Positions 28,057-42,555 of a stretch of 64,000 nucleotides of DNA are shown piece after piece. The first letter of the stretch is position 1; every line of letters begins with the position of its first letter. The translations under genes were made by a program, and so were the position numbers. A model generated the notes under the pieces. It had not been told where the DNA came from. It saw nothing but the letters and a program-made list of their open reading frames with translations, and did not search any database. Origin of the DNA: Octopus vulgaris (taxonomy: Eukaryota); NCBI GenBank assembly GCA_951406725.2, contig OX597832.1, forward strand, positions 49,662,001-49,726,000. The letters are read 5' to 3'.

Positions 28057-28793
28057 AGGAGTGGCTGTGTGGTAAGTATAGACGTAGGAGTGGCTGTGTG
28101 GTGCCAGGGGTTGGTTAACTTTTTTAGTTACCACCTCGGTAGTAAGATCAGGCTGGAGAAGAGGTGTTTGTCACGAGATATGTTTGTGAAAAGATGGAAG
28201 TCTGTAACTTGCAAGCTGGGTATATTTGGCACCAGGTAAGTGTGGCCGGATCAAGAAGAAAAGGTTCTACCCAGATGGCTGGGTTCCTTGCCCTACTGTG
28301 TAATATTAATTTTGTAAACGTTATATTGTAAATACTGTACACATTATATTGTAAATACTAAAACAATTTAAGCTACTACACCCTATATGTTTGTCTGTAT
28401 TTGTATACCCCCTCTATGTAACGCCTTAATGGCGAATTTTCATGAAATAAAGTAGCTTGCTTACCAATCACATGGTTCCGGGTTCAGTCCCATTGCGTTG
28501 CACCTTGGGCAATGTCTTCTACTATAGTCTCGGGCTATATGTGTGTGTGTGTGTGCGTGCATGTATGTAAGTGTGTATGTTTGTGCGTCTATGTTTTTCC
28601 CCCCAACATCGCTTGACAACTGATGCTGGTGTGTTTACGTCCCCGTAACTTAGCGGTTCGGCAAAAGGGACCGATAGAATAAGTACTAGGTTTTACAATG
28701 AATAAGTCCTGGGGTCGATTTGCTCGACTAAAGGCGGTGCTCCAACATGGCCACAGTCAAATGACTGAAACAAGTAAAAGAGTAAATGAGAGT
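28057..28793 (+). mobile_element. SINE family B interrupted in its head by a LINE fragment
   Basis: aggagtggctgtgtggt at 28057 and 28087; SINE resumes at aagtagcttgcttacc ~28449. Confidence 0.85.
28105..28450 (+). mobile_element. Probable Tx1/L1-type LINE 3' end
   Basis: QGLVNFFSYHLGSKIRLEKRCLSRDMFVKRW..* then AT-rich 3'UTR ending AATAAA; clade assignment from memory. Confidence 0.55.
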
Positions 28794-29297
28794 ATTGAAA
28801 AGTTTAATTTTATTCTTGTAACGACATGTGGAGACTATCTCTGTTAACATTTTCATATTTCAAAGTTTTCCAAATACGAGATTGATAAAATGCTTGATGT
28901 TGTGGGCTAAAATATATAAAGAGAGTTGAAAATAAATATTTCTTCCTTTAATTCGATGCACAGCACGATAGAGCTTTTGTATTCTTATAAGTCGCAAATT
29001 CAATGGTGAATTTTTTTTTTTACTCGCATAACGGTTTTTAAAATGTCCCTTGCTCATTCCTACGTGCGATTTACTGCACTCAGAACTTTGATTTGAGAGA
29101 TATGATTACAGCTCGGCAAACGAAAGCTTCGGAATTACGAGTGAGATTCTACAATTACATACTTAGTTGAATTCGAAATAATCTCAAGTATAATTATTGG
29201 TGGATTGCCGCTGATTATCGGGTTATTATAGTTTGCTTAGATAACCGCTAATTACATTGCTAATTGCATACCGTACAATAATAATGTGTTGCTAACA

Positions 29298-29630
29298 AGG
29301 CGGCGAGCTAACAGAACCGTTAGCACGCCGGGCGAAATGCGTAACCGTATTTCGTATGCCGTTACGTTCTGAGTTCAAATTCCGCCGAGGTCGACTTTAC
29401 CTTTCATCCTTTCGGGGTCGATTAAATAAGTACCAGTTACACCCTGGGGTCGATATATTCGACTTAATCCGTTTTTCTGTCCTTGTTTGTCCTCTCTGTG
29501 TTTAGCCCCTTGTGGGTAGTAAAGAAATAGGTATTTCGTCTGCCGCTACGTTCTGAGTTCAAATTCCGCCGAGGTCGACTTTGCCCTTCATCCTTTCGGG
29601 GTCGATAAATTAAGCACTGTAATCGACTTA
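29298..29630 (+). mobile_element. SINE family A, two tandem units
   Basis: Family consensus match. Confidence 0.87.
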
Positions 29631-29749
29631 ATCGACTTGATGTACGCCTCTGTATTGAGTCTGAAGCCGTGTCGTAAGATGAATGGAGACATAACGTCAC
29701 TATGCCAAATTAAAAATATAAAATGGCGACAATTTACCCATCGTACCCT

Positions 29750-30150
29750 GTACATACATACATACATACATACATACATACATACATACATGCATGCATG
29801 CATGCATACATACATACATACATACAAACATACATACATACATTCATACATACATTCATTCATTCATACATACATACATACATACATACATACATACATA
29901 CATACATACATACACACATACATACATACATACATACATACATACATACATACATACATACATACATACATACACACACATACATACATACATTCATACA
30001 TACATTCATTCATTCATACATACATACATACATACACGCATACATACATACATACATAAATAAATAAATACATACATACATACATACATACATACATACA
30101 TACATACATACATACATACATACATACATACATACATACATACATACATA
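29750..30150 (+). repeat. (TACA)n microsatellite
   Basis: Direct inspection. Confidence 0.97.
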
Positions 30151-30380
30151 AACGTCCCACTCTTGGTCGTTCCTGTGCGTATTAGCTAACGAAGTTAAGC
30201 AAGCAGTAATGGTGAGTAGGCAGTAAACCATGCTGCGAATGGTTTACTTGTACGGACCAGTGTTGCGATTTCCGATTACTCTGGATTTAGCTTACCTCCC
30301 GATACTTTCTTCATAGCCGCTATTATTTCAGATTAGCCCATTCAAATCCTTCTTTAAATGATCGTCGCCCAGATGACAAA

Positions 30381-30440
<60 letters not shown>

Positions 30441-30442
<2 letters not shown>

Positions 30443-31396
30443 GTTTGACTTTTGCTTTTCATTTGTACAAGTTGGCTCCAAGTCTCACCCAGAGACCTCA
30501 AGAGACAACAAGTTGGAAGTTCATGTTAGTGTTATGCCTAGTGTGCCATATATTTGGTTTTGTATTTAGTGTTGTACTAGTGAATGTCTAAACAAAAACA
30601 TACGAAAATTATGTTTGTTTTAAAACTTGAGATTACATAGAAAGTATTTTGCGTAGGATATGAGCAGTTCCCATGAGCACTATCCTTTGAATTTCTGCCA
30701 TTTTGGGGTTTCCTGGTATCTGAGTTAAGTAGCAATCAGCCCCTTTTACTATCATTCCCAAGGCACCTATGACAACAGGTATTGTTTTAGTCTTCAGGTT
30801 CCACATTTTGCTGATTTCTATTTCAAGATCTTTATATTTGCTCAGTTTTTGGTAGGTCTTGACAGATACGTTTATATCGATTGGGACAGTCATATCAATG
30901 AGGAGGCATGTTCTTTGTCTGAAGTCTTTCAATATGATGCCTGGCCTATTTGCATCTATCTTTCTGTTAGTTTGAATGGTGAAGTTCCAGAGGAGTGAGA
31001 TGTGGTCATTTTCAAGCACTGGAGGTGGATTGTGTTCCCACCAGTTTTTTTCATGGGGCAACTCCAGGTTTTTGCAAATTACCCAGTGAATATATTGTGC
31101 AGCTCTATAGAGAGGTTTTTCTTGCCATTTATCATTCAGAATATCTAAGTCAGCAGTTTTAGCACGGGTTTTCATGCGCTTAGCTTTTTCTGTGCTTGTT
31201 TCTTGTATGTTTAATTCCGAAATTTGTTGTATTCAGAATTCACTTAGATATTCCTTTGCCTGTTTTGTTACTGAGTATGATGCTTTCTTGTTTTCATGTT
31301 TTGAGACAAGTTTTAACACCCAGTCCTCAGAGTTTTTCAGGTAGGTGTCTAGGCCAATTGTAGCAATCTTCATTGTTATTGCCAGTTGTAAAAGCA
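30441..31396 (-). mobile_element. R4/Dong-clade non-LTR retrotransposon 3' fragment (restriction-like endonuclease) inserted in (TAA)n
   Basis: YIHWVICK...WWEH.PPPVLEN...LWNFTIQTNRKIDANRPGII...LIDMTVP.D.NV..K...KLSKYKDL..EISKMW...PVVIGALG; (TAT)n on both flanks. Confidence 0.92.
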
Positions 31397-31419
31397 TTAT
31401 TATTATTATTATTATTATT

Positions 31420-31484
<65 letters not shown>

Positions 31485-31492
31485 CATCATCA

Positions 31493-31553
<61 letters not shown>

Positions 31554-31911
31554 GGCGGCGAGCTGACAGAATCGTTGGCACGCCGGGTAAAGTGCTTAGC
31601 GGCATTTTGTCCGTCCTTGCGTTCTGAGTTCAAATTCCGCCGAGGTCGAATCGATGAAAAAAGTACAATTCAAGTTCTGGGGTCGATGCAATCGACTATA
31701 CTCCTTCCCCCCCCACACACACACAATTTCAGGCCTTGTGCCTTTAGTAGAAAGGATCATTATTATTGTTGTTGCTCTTGCTGTCGTCGTCGTTGTTGTT
31801 GTTGTTGTTGTTGTTATAAATCAGTTTTAAAGGCGGCGAGCTGGCAAAATCCTTAGTATGCCGGGCGTGTTATTTTGTGTATGTGTCTCTGAGTATGTTT
31901 GAGTGTCTCTC

Positions 31912-31944
<33 letters not shown>

Positions 31945-31955
31945 TTACTTATCCA

Positions 31956-32170
31956 GGCGGCGAGCTGGCAGAAACGTTAGCACGCCGGGCGAAATGCGTA
32001 GCCGTATTTCGTCTGCAGTTACATTCTGGGTTCAAATTCCGCCGAGGTTGACTTTGCCTTTCATCCTTTCGGGGTCGATTAAGTAAAGTACCAGTTACGC
32101 ACTGGGGTCGATTTAATCGACTTAATCCGTTTGTCTGTCCCCTCTCTGTTTAGCCCCTTGTGGGTAGAAA
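31956..32170 (+). mobile_element. SINE family A
   Basis: Family consensus match. Confidence 0.87.
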
Positions 32171-32189
32171 AGAAAAATATATTTACTTA

Positions 32190-32638
<449 letters not shown>

Positions 32639-33015
32639 GTCTTGTTTGTTTCACGCATGCGTACATATGTATATTCAACGTTTTTACACACGTTTCATGG
32701 TCAGGTAGATTCAATAATCTATATATGTGTGTACGCCTGTGTGAAAGACTATATATACATATGTGTGTGTGTTTGTGTTTGTGCACTGTGTATATGTACA
32801 TGTGTGAGTGTATGTGCGTGTTCGTGCATAAGTGTGTGTGTTTGTGTGCTGTATATATGTATGTATATATATATATGTATGTGTGTGTGTGTGTGCGTGT
32901 GTGTGTATACTTGTATGCGTGTATATATATATATAAATATATATATATGTATATATATACATATATATTTATATATATGTATGCATATATATATGTATAT
33001 ATATGTGCGTATATA

Positions 33016-33064
<49 letters not shown>

Positions 33065-33150
33065 GTATGCCTGTGTGTGTGTGCGTGCATGTGTGTATGT
33101 ATGTTATACGTAAGTACGTACGTATGCACATATATATGTATGTATTATAC

Positions 33151-33194
<44 letters not shown>

Positions 33195-33288
33195 GTATGT
33201 ATATGTTTCAATGTATGTAGATATGTATGTATACATATATAAACACGTGCTTATCTCATTGTTTATTTGTTGCAGTACTCACACACAT

Positions 33289-33320
<32 letters not shown>

Positions 33321-33639
33321 CATAAAAATATACATCCATATAAACATACATGCGTACAAAAACAGATTAGTCTGGGAGAACATTTATGAAGAATTCCAAG
33401 AATTTTCTTCTAAAGTAGTTATCTGGATATGTAATTCCGAGCAATTTACTTTCGAATTGATTCACTTAAAGAATCTGTCATGAGAGAATATTCTGCGAAG
33501 AATTGAGTCAAAACAAATCCAAGACTAAATGGTTATTCGTCAAGAACTGATCTTTTGGAACCACTCGCAGAATACTGATTTTTGCATGAAGTTTCTTCTT
33601 CAACTTCGTGCGTGTGTGTGTGTGTATATGTAGGTATGT

Positions 33640-34285
<646 letters not shown>

Positions 34286-34350
34286 ATACGTGTGAATGTA
34301 TATTTATATATGTGTATGTATATATGTATTTATATATATACACATATACA

Positions 34351-34400
<50 letters not shown>

Positions 34401-34652
34401 CTGGAGTGACTGTGTGGTAAGAAATTTGCTACCCATTACCCATGCACATGGTTCCGGGTTCAGTCCCACTGCATGGCACCGTGGGTAAGTACCTTCCACT
34501 ATTGCCTTGGGCCAACCAAAGCCTTGTGAGTAGATTTGGTTGACGAAAACTGAAAGAAGCCCGTTGTATATATGTGTATGTGCGCCCGCGCGCGTGTGTG
34601 TGTATGTGTACATACGTATATATTTATATATATATATGTGTGTGCGTATGCG

Positions 34653-34721
<69 letters not shown>

Positions 34722-35881
34722 ATATATGAAGTAAAACTAAACAGGAAAGCTTATTTAATATTTACTTACAGTATCATTTTACGCGTATTTCATTAACAAT
34801 GGACAAATATCACTTATATAACGACAATCACTTATATAACGACAATTCAGTTTATTTCACGATTTGATTGCATTGGCAAAACTTCAGAAATTGTGTAACA
34901 CTCGTTAGTAATCTTTGCTGTTCATTCTAGGTGATAGTTTTGTCGTTTCTACTCCTACAACGTAGATGTTTAAGCTTAATCATCACATGTTTAGTAAATG
35001 TATTTTAGTCTTGCTGTGAAAATATACTCCGTAATTAAATTTTAGGTCACTGTAGATAGACAGAACAAAAAGTCGAGCAAGCTATTAGTTTCGCTTTACG
35101 TTTAAATCATCGACTTCTACTTAGTCTTCTCTGAGTGCCGAGAGAACCTGACAAGCACTGTAACTACATTGTGAAATATGTAGAGCTAGAAATAGCAAAG
35201 CAAAGGCATTTTAAGTAAAAACGTAAAACTTTGTTTACAAGTTTAGTTTCATTTATGCTGTTCCAGTGGAATCTATTCCATCTCAGTCACAGATTTTTTA
35301 GTTATTTTTTTTTAACTAAACAGTTTGAAACTTCGAATACTGGTAGAATTTCTCACGTAGAACACGGTTTACACTGAACGTTTTTTGACCAAAGTTCGTA
35401 TTTTAGAAGTAATTTCGAGGTAAAGTTGTCGTATTTGGACAATTTCAACCAATCAATGACGTGTATTCAATATATCTGTGTGTGTATCTGTGTGTGTCTG
35501 TGTGTTTGTGTGTGTCTGTGTGTTTGTGTGTGTCTGTCGCTGCGTTCTTGTGTGTGTATGAGTGCGTGTTTTTGTGTTTGTGTGTGTGAGTGTATGTGTG
35601 TGTCTGTGAGTGCGTGTTTTCTGTTGTGTCTGTGTATGTGTCTTCCACTTCTCTTCCGCCACTGCGGTCCCCGGTTTCTCATTTCCTTCTTACCAAAACC
35701 GGCATTGGCCGAAATATATTCCCTCCACCCCCTGAAAAATGTAGCTTAGCGGTTTGACTAAAAAGGCTTACAAAGAATGAGTCCTGAGGGGCGACTTCTT
35801 CGACTAAAAACTCTTTATGGTGGTGCTCCAGCATGGCTGCAATCAAATGACTGAAACAAATAAAAGAATATATATATAGAT

Positions 35882-36080
35882 AGATTCGAAGCTTTTTTCC
35901 AAGGAATCTAATGCGCTTAGCTTAGTTTTCCTTGGGGCTGGCCAGATTGGAGCAATCTCAAGATTAATCAGCCGAAATTGCGAGGATAATCCTGTTCTTG
36001 ACTGAAGATTAAAGGCTTCGAATGTCCCGTCCGTGTTTTTTGTATCGTCTTCTAAATGTTTTGCGTTCTTGTCCCAGTTC
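35882..36080 (+). mobile_element. Repeat family E (Penelope pLTR-like, hammerhead-bearing) inserted in (TA)n; relatives at 40715-40941, 10961-11086 and 43275-43342
   Basis: Shared cgaatgtcccgtc...gtatcgtc...gttttgcgttcttgtccca terminus; copies adjoin microsatellites. Confidence 0.7.
35884..36023 (+). ncRNA. Non-circularly permuted hammerhead ribozyme candidate, copy 1
   Basis: Helix II GGCTG/CAGCC, helix III GCAAT/ATTGC, C17 at 35957, helix I TCAAGA/TCTTGA, GAAA at 35974, CTGAAGA at 36002. Confidence 0.78.
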
Positions 36081-36102
36081 ATATATATATATATATACAT
36101 AC

Positions 36103-36156
<54 letters not shown>

Positions 36157-36549
36157 GCATACATATATATATATATATGTATGTATGTATGCACGTATAT
36201 GTATATATATATATATATATATACACAAACACACACAAGTACACACACACATATATGTGTGTGTGTGTGTGACTATATGTGTATGTGCATACGTGAAGCA
36301 TTGTGCATGCATGTATGCTAGTAGTGCACGAGTGTGTATGACAGAGTGTGTACGTATGTATGCGTGTCAGCATGTATTCGTGTATCTGTACACTAGCACT
36401 TACATGCACATCTTACATAAAGATGGAGGAAATTTTTGTGTTTCTAGCGTATCTATTTCGTTACGTCATTTACTTTCTCTCTCTGTTTCTCGCTCTCCCT
36501 CTTGCTTCCTTCTCTTCCCGCTCCCTCTTCCTCTCTCCCTCTGTCTTTC

Positions 36550-36582
<33 letters not shown>

Positions 36583-36809
36583 TTCTCTCGCATACACAAC
36601 GCACACACCAAAACAGACGAAAGCCGACTGCGAGTGATAAAATACGCCAGCCAATCGCTGTGATTTTTATCTCTGTAGAATGTGTGGGACGCCCGACTCA
36701 TTTTGTTAATCAGTTGTATTACAATACTGCACTCTTAAGAGGACAGATTAAAATCGCAGGGCAGCAGATGTGTGCAGGGGGGTGTTTGTGTGTGTGTTTG
36801 CGTGTCTGT

Positions 36810-36939
36810 TTGCATGTCATTATTCAGTTTATTTCACGATTTCTTGCCAATAGGGAAAACATCGGTTTCTAACCTAGATTCAAGGCTCCTTCATTGGAAT
36901 TTCAACATCAACAACAGGTTAATTTTGTATGTATGTATG

Positions 36940-36973
<34 letters not shown>

Positions 36974-37216
36974 TGTATGTATGTGTTTAGATATGTATGT
37001 TTTGTTTTATGCATGTATACTCATGCACATTGTTGCATAAACTTCTGGAATGTTTTACAGATTTTTACAGTTCCAATGATGGATTGGATCTGTAGTCTTC
37101 GAATTAGCTTTCTTCTTTGTGGTTTTGAGAAGCCTAATTTCTCAATATTGGTATTTAGGCAGTGTATTACATATCCCAGGGCCCCAATAATTAGAGGAAT
37201 ACACTTAAACTGCAAA
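36810..37216 (-). mobile_element. RLE-type non-LTR retrotransposon 3' end (second fragment 40095-40216, +)
   Basis: FKCIPLIIGALGYV...LNTNIEKLGF...LQIQSIIGTVKICKTF; IGALG motif as in R4/NeSL-type C-termini. Confidence 0.75.
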
Positions 37217-37225
37217 GATCACATC

Positions 37226-37560
37226 ACAGAAGATCGAAGAGCTTGGTTGGGAAGATATTCCTCATCCACCTTATTCTCCCAACCTTGCTCCTTCAGACTA
37301 CCATTTGTTTCGTAATTTACAGAATCATTTGTGGAGGACATAACTTTCGCAAGCCAGGAGGAGGTCGAAACTGATATTTCAGAGTTCTTCATTTTAAAAC
37401 CAAAAGAGTTTTACTTTGATGGGATTAAAAAGATTGTAAATAGATGGAAGGAAGTCATAGATAATCAGGGAAAGTACATTGATGATTAAATTTCAATTAA
37501 ATATCACATTTGATCGCTTGTTTTCTTTATTCAAAATTCGGACAGAACTTAATGGATGAC

Positions 37561-37565
<5 letters not shown>
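37226..37565 (+). mobile_element. Mariner transposase C-terminal fragment plus right TIR
   Basis: KIEELGWEDIPHPPYSPNLAPSDYHLFRNLQNHL (YSPDLAPSDY motif); ends cggacagaacttaatggatgacctgaTA. Confidence 0.9.
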
Positions 37566-37623
<58 letters not shown>

Positions 37624-38549
37624 CTTTTAAAAACTGTATTTGTATTATTATATTATTTATTGATTTATATATTATTTTGTATGCTTTTGATGTTCTCATT
37701 TGTAAAATGAATAAATAATCTAACATTATAATATCCTTAAGTTGATGAACAAACCAAATTTGTTTCTCCATTTTCTTATTTGTATTATAAATTTACGGTA
37801 AAAATATTTCTTTACCTTCACCCGTTTAATACAATAAATGACTTAATTGCATTGCAATTAAAAACATTTATGTATTAAGAATTTGGGTACTTTACCAACA
37901 GTATATTGGATAACTGACATCCCATAGTGGGTTACATATATGTATATATATATATATATATAATACGGTAGAATGTTATTTAGGGGAGCTTTGGCAGGTC
38001 GTGTGACATTGTAAAGCAAGCATAGCTGTGTGAGTTAGAAGCTCGCGTTGTGTCCTCGTATTTCCAAGTTCAATCCCAGTGCGCGGCACCTTCGGCATAT
38101 GACTTCTACTTAAGCCGTGGACTGTTCAGTGCTTTATGAGTGAATTCGGTGGACGGGAATATGTAGAAGCCTGTCGAGTATATATGTGTGTATGTTGAGC
38201 GTATATGTGAACTTGTGTGCGTGTGTGAGTGAGCGTGTGTGTGTGTGTGTGTGTGTGTCTTCACGTTTGTGTTTTCCCGCTTCCACTGCTTGACAACCGG
38301 TGTTGGTTTCTTTACGTCCCCGTAAGCTAGCAGTTCGATAAAAAAAAAAGATTGCGATATCATAAGTACCAAACTTAAAAGTTAACCACTAGGATCGCTT
38401 CGTTCGACTAAACCAATAGTTCTCGAATAGGATCTATATGGTCCCTGAGAACCCATATAAGATTTTAGTAGTATTTTAAGGGCCCCTGAAAAAATTTTGC
38501 TTTAGATGCATGTATCTGTGCATATCTGTGCATGTATATATAGTATATA

Positions 38550-38821
38550 CAGGGCGTCCATCAATTACCTTTACAATTTGAAAAATTCAGAAAAAGAAGT
38601 GATAAGGATATTAATCATTGGGGTGCATGCAACCAAGGAGCTCACGCTGAAGTGTTCTGATGTTTCTAATAAAACTATTTGTTTGCCTATGTTTTCCAAT
38701 AAACTCTGCTGAAATTATCCTGTTTTGTTTTGTTTTGCGTTTGTTTGTTTCTTTTTTTGTTTTTGTTTTTGTTTTTTTCACTGAATTTCTCAAATTGTAA
38801 AGGTAATTTATGGACAGCCTA
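38550..38821. mobile_element. Tc1/mariner-type MITE (copy at 46243-46497)
   Basis: ~40 bp TIR cagggcgtccatcaattacctttacaatttg / caaattgtaaaggtaatttatggacagcct; TA flanks. Confidence 0.85.
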
Positions 38822-40457
38822 TATATATATCTGTGTGTGGGCGAATGGGGGATTTCCGTTTTGAATAACATTTGTATTCCAGCGCAAAGTTATATACATG
38901 CACAGATACATATATCAAGAAACAGCCAGGTTTCTTTTTCGATCGTTTTACATAGTTCAACCTACAAAAGTGAACATGTGAAAAACAAAACAGGAATTTT
39001 GAAAGAAGTTTCTATAAAACTAGTTTTTAAGCATCGAATGGCTATGGGTGGGCCCACCAGAATAAAATAAGAATCAAAGAAGACGAGTTAAGTTCACGAT
39101 AAAAATTATTAGTCTAATTCGCAGAGAAAGAGTTATGACGCGGGGGAGGACAGAGCGAGAAGGAAAGATGGGGAAGATTTTAAAAATTAATGGATAATTT
39201 GTGGTAGATATGCTAACGTGAAACTTGTCACTTTAGTGGCCATTGACTGACCAGAAGTAGGAGGTAGCCGAGTTTGGTGCTCAGAGAAAAAATAGCGGAT
39301 TCAAAATAGGATGCGTGTACGTGCTTTTGCATGTTTTGTGTGTTTAAGTGTGCGTTTATACATGTCTGTTATTTTAGGGTATGGAGTAAGGTATTTTGTG
39401 TTGTGTGTATGTGTGTGCGCACGAAAACAAATGCGTCATAATAGATTTAAAAAAAAAGTGGTTGAGAACCTCTGGACTAAACCCTTCAAAGCGGTGCCCC
39501 AACATGGCCGCAGTCCAACGACTGAAGTAAGTAAACGACCAAAGGCCGAATAAAGCAGACGCAACGCGAAACCGATTCTCCGTGGAGCATTCGGGCTACG
39601 GAGAAATCACAATCTTACTAATAATCTACGTCAGCGTCTGATCTGACCCAATAATCTCTACCGAAAGACTAAACCAGTTTGCCTGCACCGAGCAGACAGT
39701 AAAATTGGCTCTGAAGAGCTTCCTAACGATTAATATAACTGTTTCTAAGTATATCTTCGTTTTCGCTTCGTTTCTTTCATTCATTCTTTCTTTCTTCTTC
39801 GCCTGATCATCAGCTTCTCGATGGTTTCAGCAAACACTGAGCTCATCCTCCTCTGCGTCATCGCACACGAGTTTGTCTCTATTTCTGTTCCTCCGAAATC
39901 CTGTACGCAGTAGTCTTTGTGAAAAGGCTGACGTCGTTGCAAACGTCTTCTGAGAATAACTTGAGTCCGTACACCGTTGCTAGCCGGCAGAACCGCACGC
40001 CTGCAACACGCGTAAGTACATGCCCACATACATACATTTATAGATGTACACATATGTGTGTGTTACATGGGATGTGTAACACACTGCCTAAATACCATTC
40101 TTGAGAAATTAGGCATACCAAAACCAGATAGGGGAAAGCTAATTCAAAGACTACAGATCCAATCCATCACTGGAACTGTAAAAATCTGTAAAACTTTCCA
40201 AAAGTTTATCATTTAAATATATATGAGCATGTCTAGATATGCAACTACATGCATGAGAATACATACATAAAAGCAAACATACAAATATGCACATATACAT
40301 ACATACATACATACATACATACATACATACGTACATATATGTATGTATATACATATATATGCATATTTATAAATTTTTTTACTATATTATTTCGTATATA
40401 TGTATCTATGTACATATATATATGTATGAGTATATATGTATATATATATATATATAC

Positions 40458-40496
<39 letters not shown>

Positions 40497-40550
40497 TATG
40501 TATATATACACACATATATATGTGTGTGTGTGTGTATATATATATATATG

Positions 40551-40717
<167 letters not shown>

Positions 40718-40821
40718 GGAACAAAAACGTAATAGAGGACATTAAAACATTCGGACAGATGGACGATACAAAGGCGGAGAAGGACAATTAGAAGGACAGG
40801 CAAAAGAAAAAAAGACGGGAC

Positions 40822-40941
40822 ATTCGTGGTTTTCTTTCCTCAGTCAAGTTCCAGAAGTCACAACCATTTCGGGCAGTTACACTTGAGATGGTTCGATCTG
40901 GTTGCCCCCAAAAAGTCTAAGATAAGAGCATTAGACCCTTT
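40822..40941 (-). ncRNA. Non-circularly permuted hammerhead ribozyme candidate, copy 2 (diverged relative of copy 1)
   Basis: Helix II GGGCA/TGCCC, helix III AACCAT/ATGGTT, C17 at 40887, helix I TCAAGT/ACTTGA, GAAA, CTGAGGA; 6 compensatory pairs versus copy 1. Confidence 0.75.
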
Positions 40942-40988
40942 ACATATACATACACATATATGCTCAAAAATACGTACGTCTATATATG

Positions 40989-41024
<36 letters not shown>

Positions 41025-41346
41025 TGTATGTATGTATGTATATACACAGATATAGTTATGTTTATATGCGTGTGCATTTATAAGCATACTCATGTCTACG
41101 CATGTGTGTGGATTTATGCATTATGTATGTAATTGGGTAAGTAAAGATATATATATATATATATACATGTAATAGTGAGAGAGAAAGGGGGACAGAGGGG
41201 AGAGAGAGAGAAAGAGACAGATACATACATATATATATATATACGTATATACATATATATATACACGTTTGTGTGCGTGTGTATGTGCGTATATATAGGT
41301 ATATATATATATATATGCATACAAATGCACATACATACATATACAT

Positions 41347-41393
<47 letters not shown>

Positions 41394-41761
41394 TACAGGT
41401 TTCTTTAAATACATGAGCGCTTGCACGTATAACAGGGAATTAAGTTAATTTTGTTGGCAGAGGATAATATCAATCAGTGAAGAACTGAGATTCCAGTCTT
41501 GTCACAATAATTGGTTAATTTTTAATAATTACCCGAACGAAAAATCTCGTTACCAACATTCGTAGCAACATTCAAGCTTTAACATAATAACAATAACAAT
41601 AATAACAATAATAATAATAATAATAACAATAATAATAATAATAATAATAATAAAACATATCTCATTCTCTAAGATAGGATCAATGAAGATAAGAATGAAC
41701 GTGGACGACTAAGATAGAGAATGTTAAATCCAGACTAGACTGCAACGGACCTCCTAATAAT

Positions 41762-42304
41762 AAATGCCCAGAAGCTCTCATGGCAGTGGCTCTCATGACT
41801 GGAAGTGTTATCATGTACAATGTTTTGTCTTGGTATAAAAGATGGGCTACAGCAAATATCCTGCTCTATGCCACAGATTTGCTTGTCAGTTGTTTGACCT
41901 TAACCAGTTGAGCATGTCCCTTAGTGGCTGACGATATGTGCATCTCTGATCACGAGCAGAAGTTGTGGGGGAGCATCATAGCCATGTGTTGAGAGGGATT
42001 CTTTGGGGTTTGAATAATTCACCTCTGGAAACATAGGTGTTTCGTCCAACATCCTAACACAACCCTTATTCAGAGACCTTTTGAGCGGGATGGGCTACTC
42101 GATCAGAAGAAAATTCTAATTGGGCATGACCTGCAAGGTCATGCGCTGTTTATCTTGATATGGGATCGCCATGTCGCGCACATATGGTTGTGATGCATGT
42201 GCCTGGTGTACCCTTAGCAGACAGGTAGTCATGATGGGTATACTGAGCTTCGTATATTTGTACCCCAGTGTCACTTTGATGGCATGCACTACTCTCTCAC
42301 TCAA

Positions 42305-42372
<68 letters not shown>

Positions 42373-42555
42373 GCCCTGATGCAATACCAGGCAGTGGCTC
42401 TCGTGGCTTCTGATCTTGGTATAAAAGATGGGCTACAGCAAATATTCTGCTCAATACACAGATTTGCTTGTCAGTTATTTGACCTTAACCAGTTGAGCAT
42501 GTCCCTTGGTGGCTGACGATATGTGCATCTCTGATCACGAACAGAAGTAGTGGGG
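41762..42555 (-). mobile_element. Repeat family G, two adjacent copies separated by (TAA)n
   Basis: 41828-41970 is repeated at 42414-42555; homologous to 4735-4958. Confidence 0.75.

Noticed and set aside
39781-40005. Exon-like unique segment on the minus strand
   Set aside because: An acceptor is possible, but no partner exon or recognisable homology was found.
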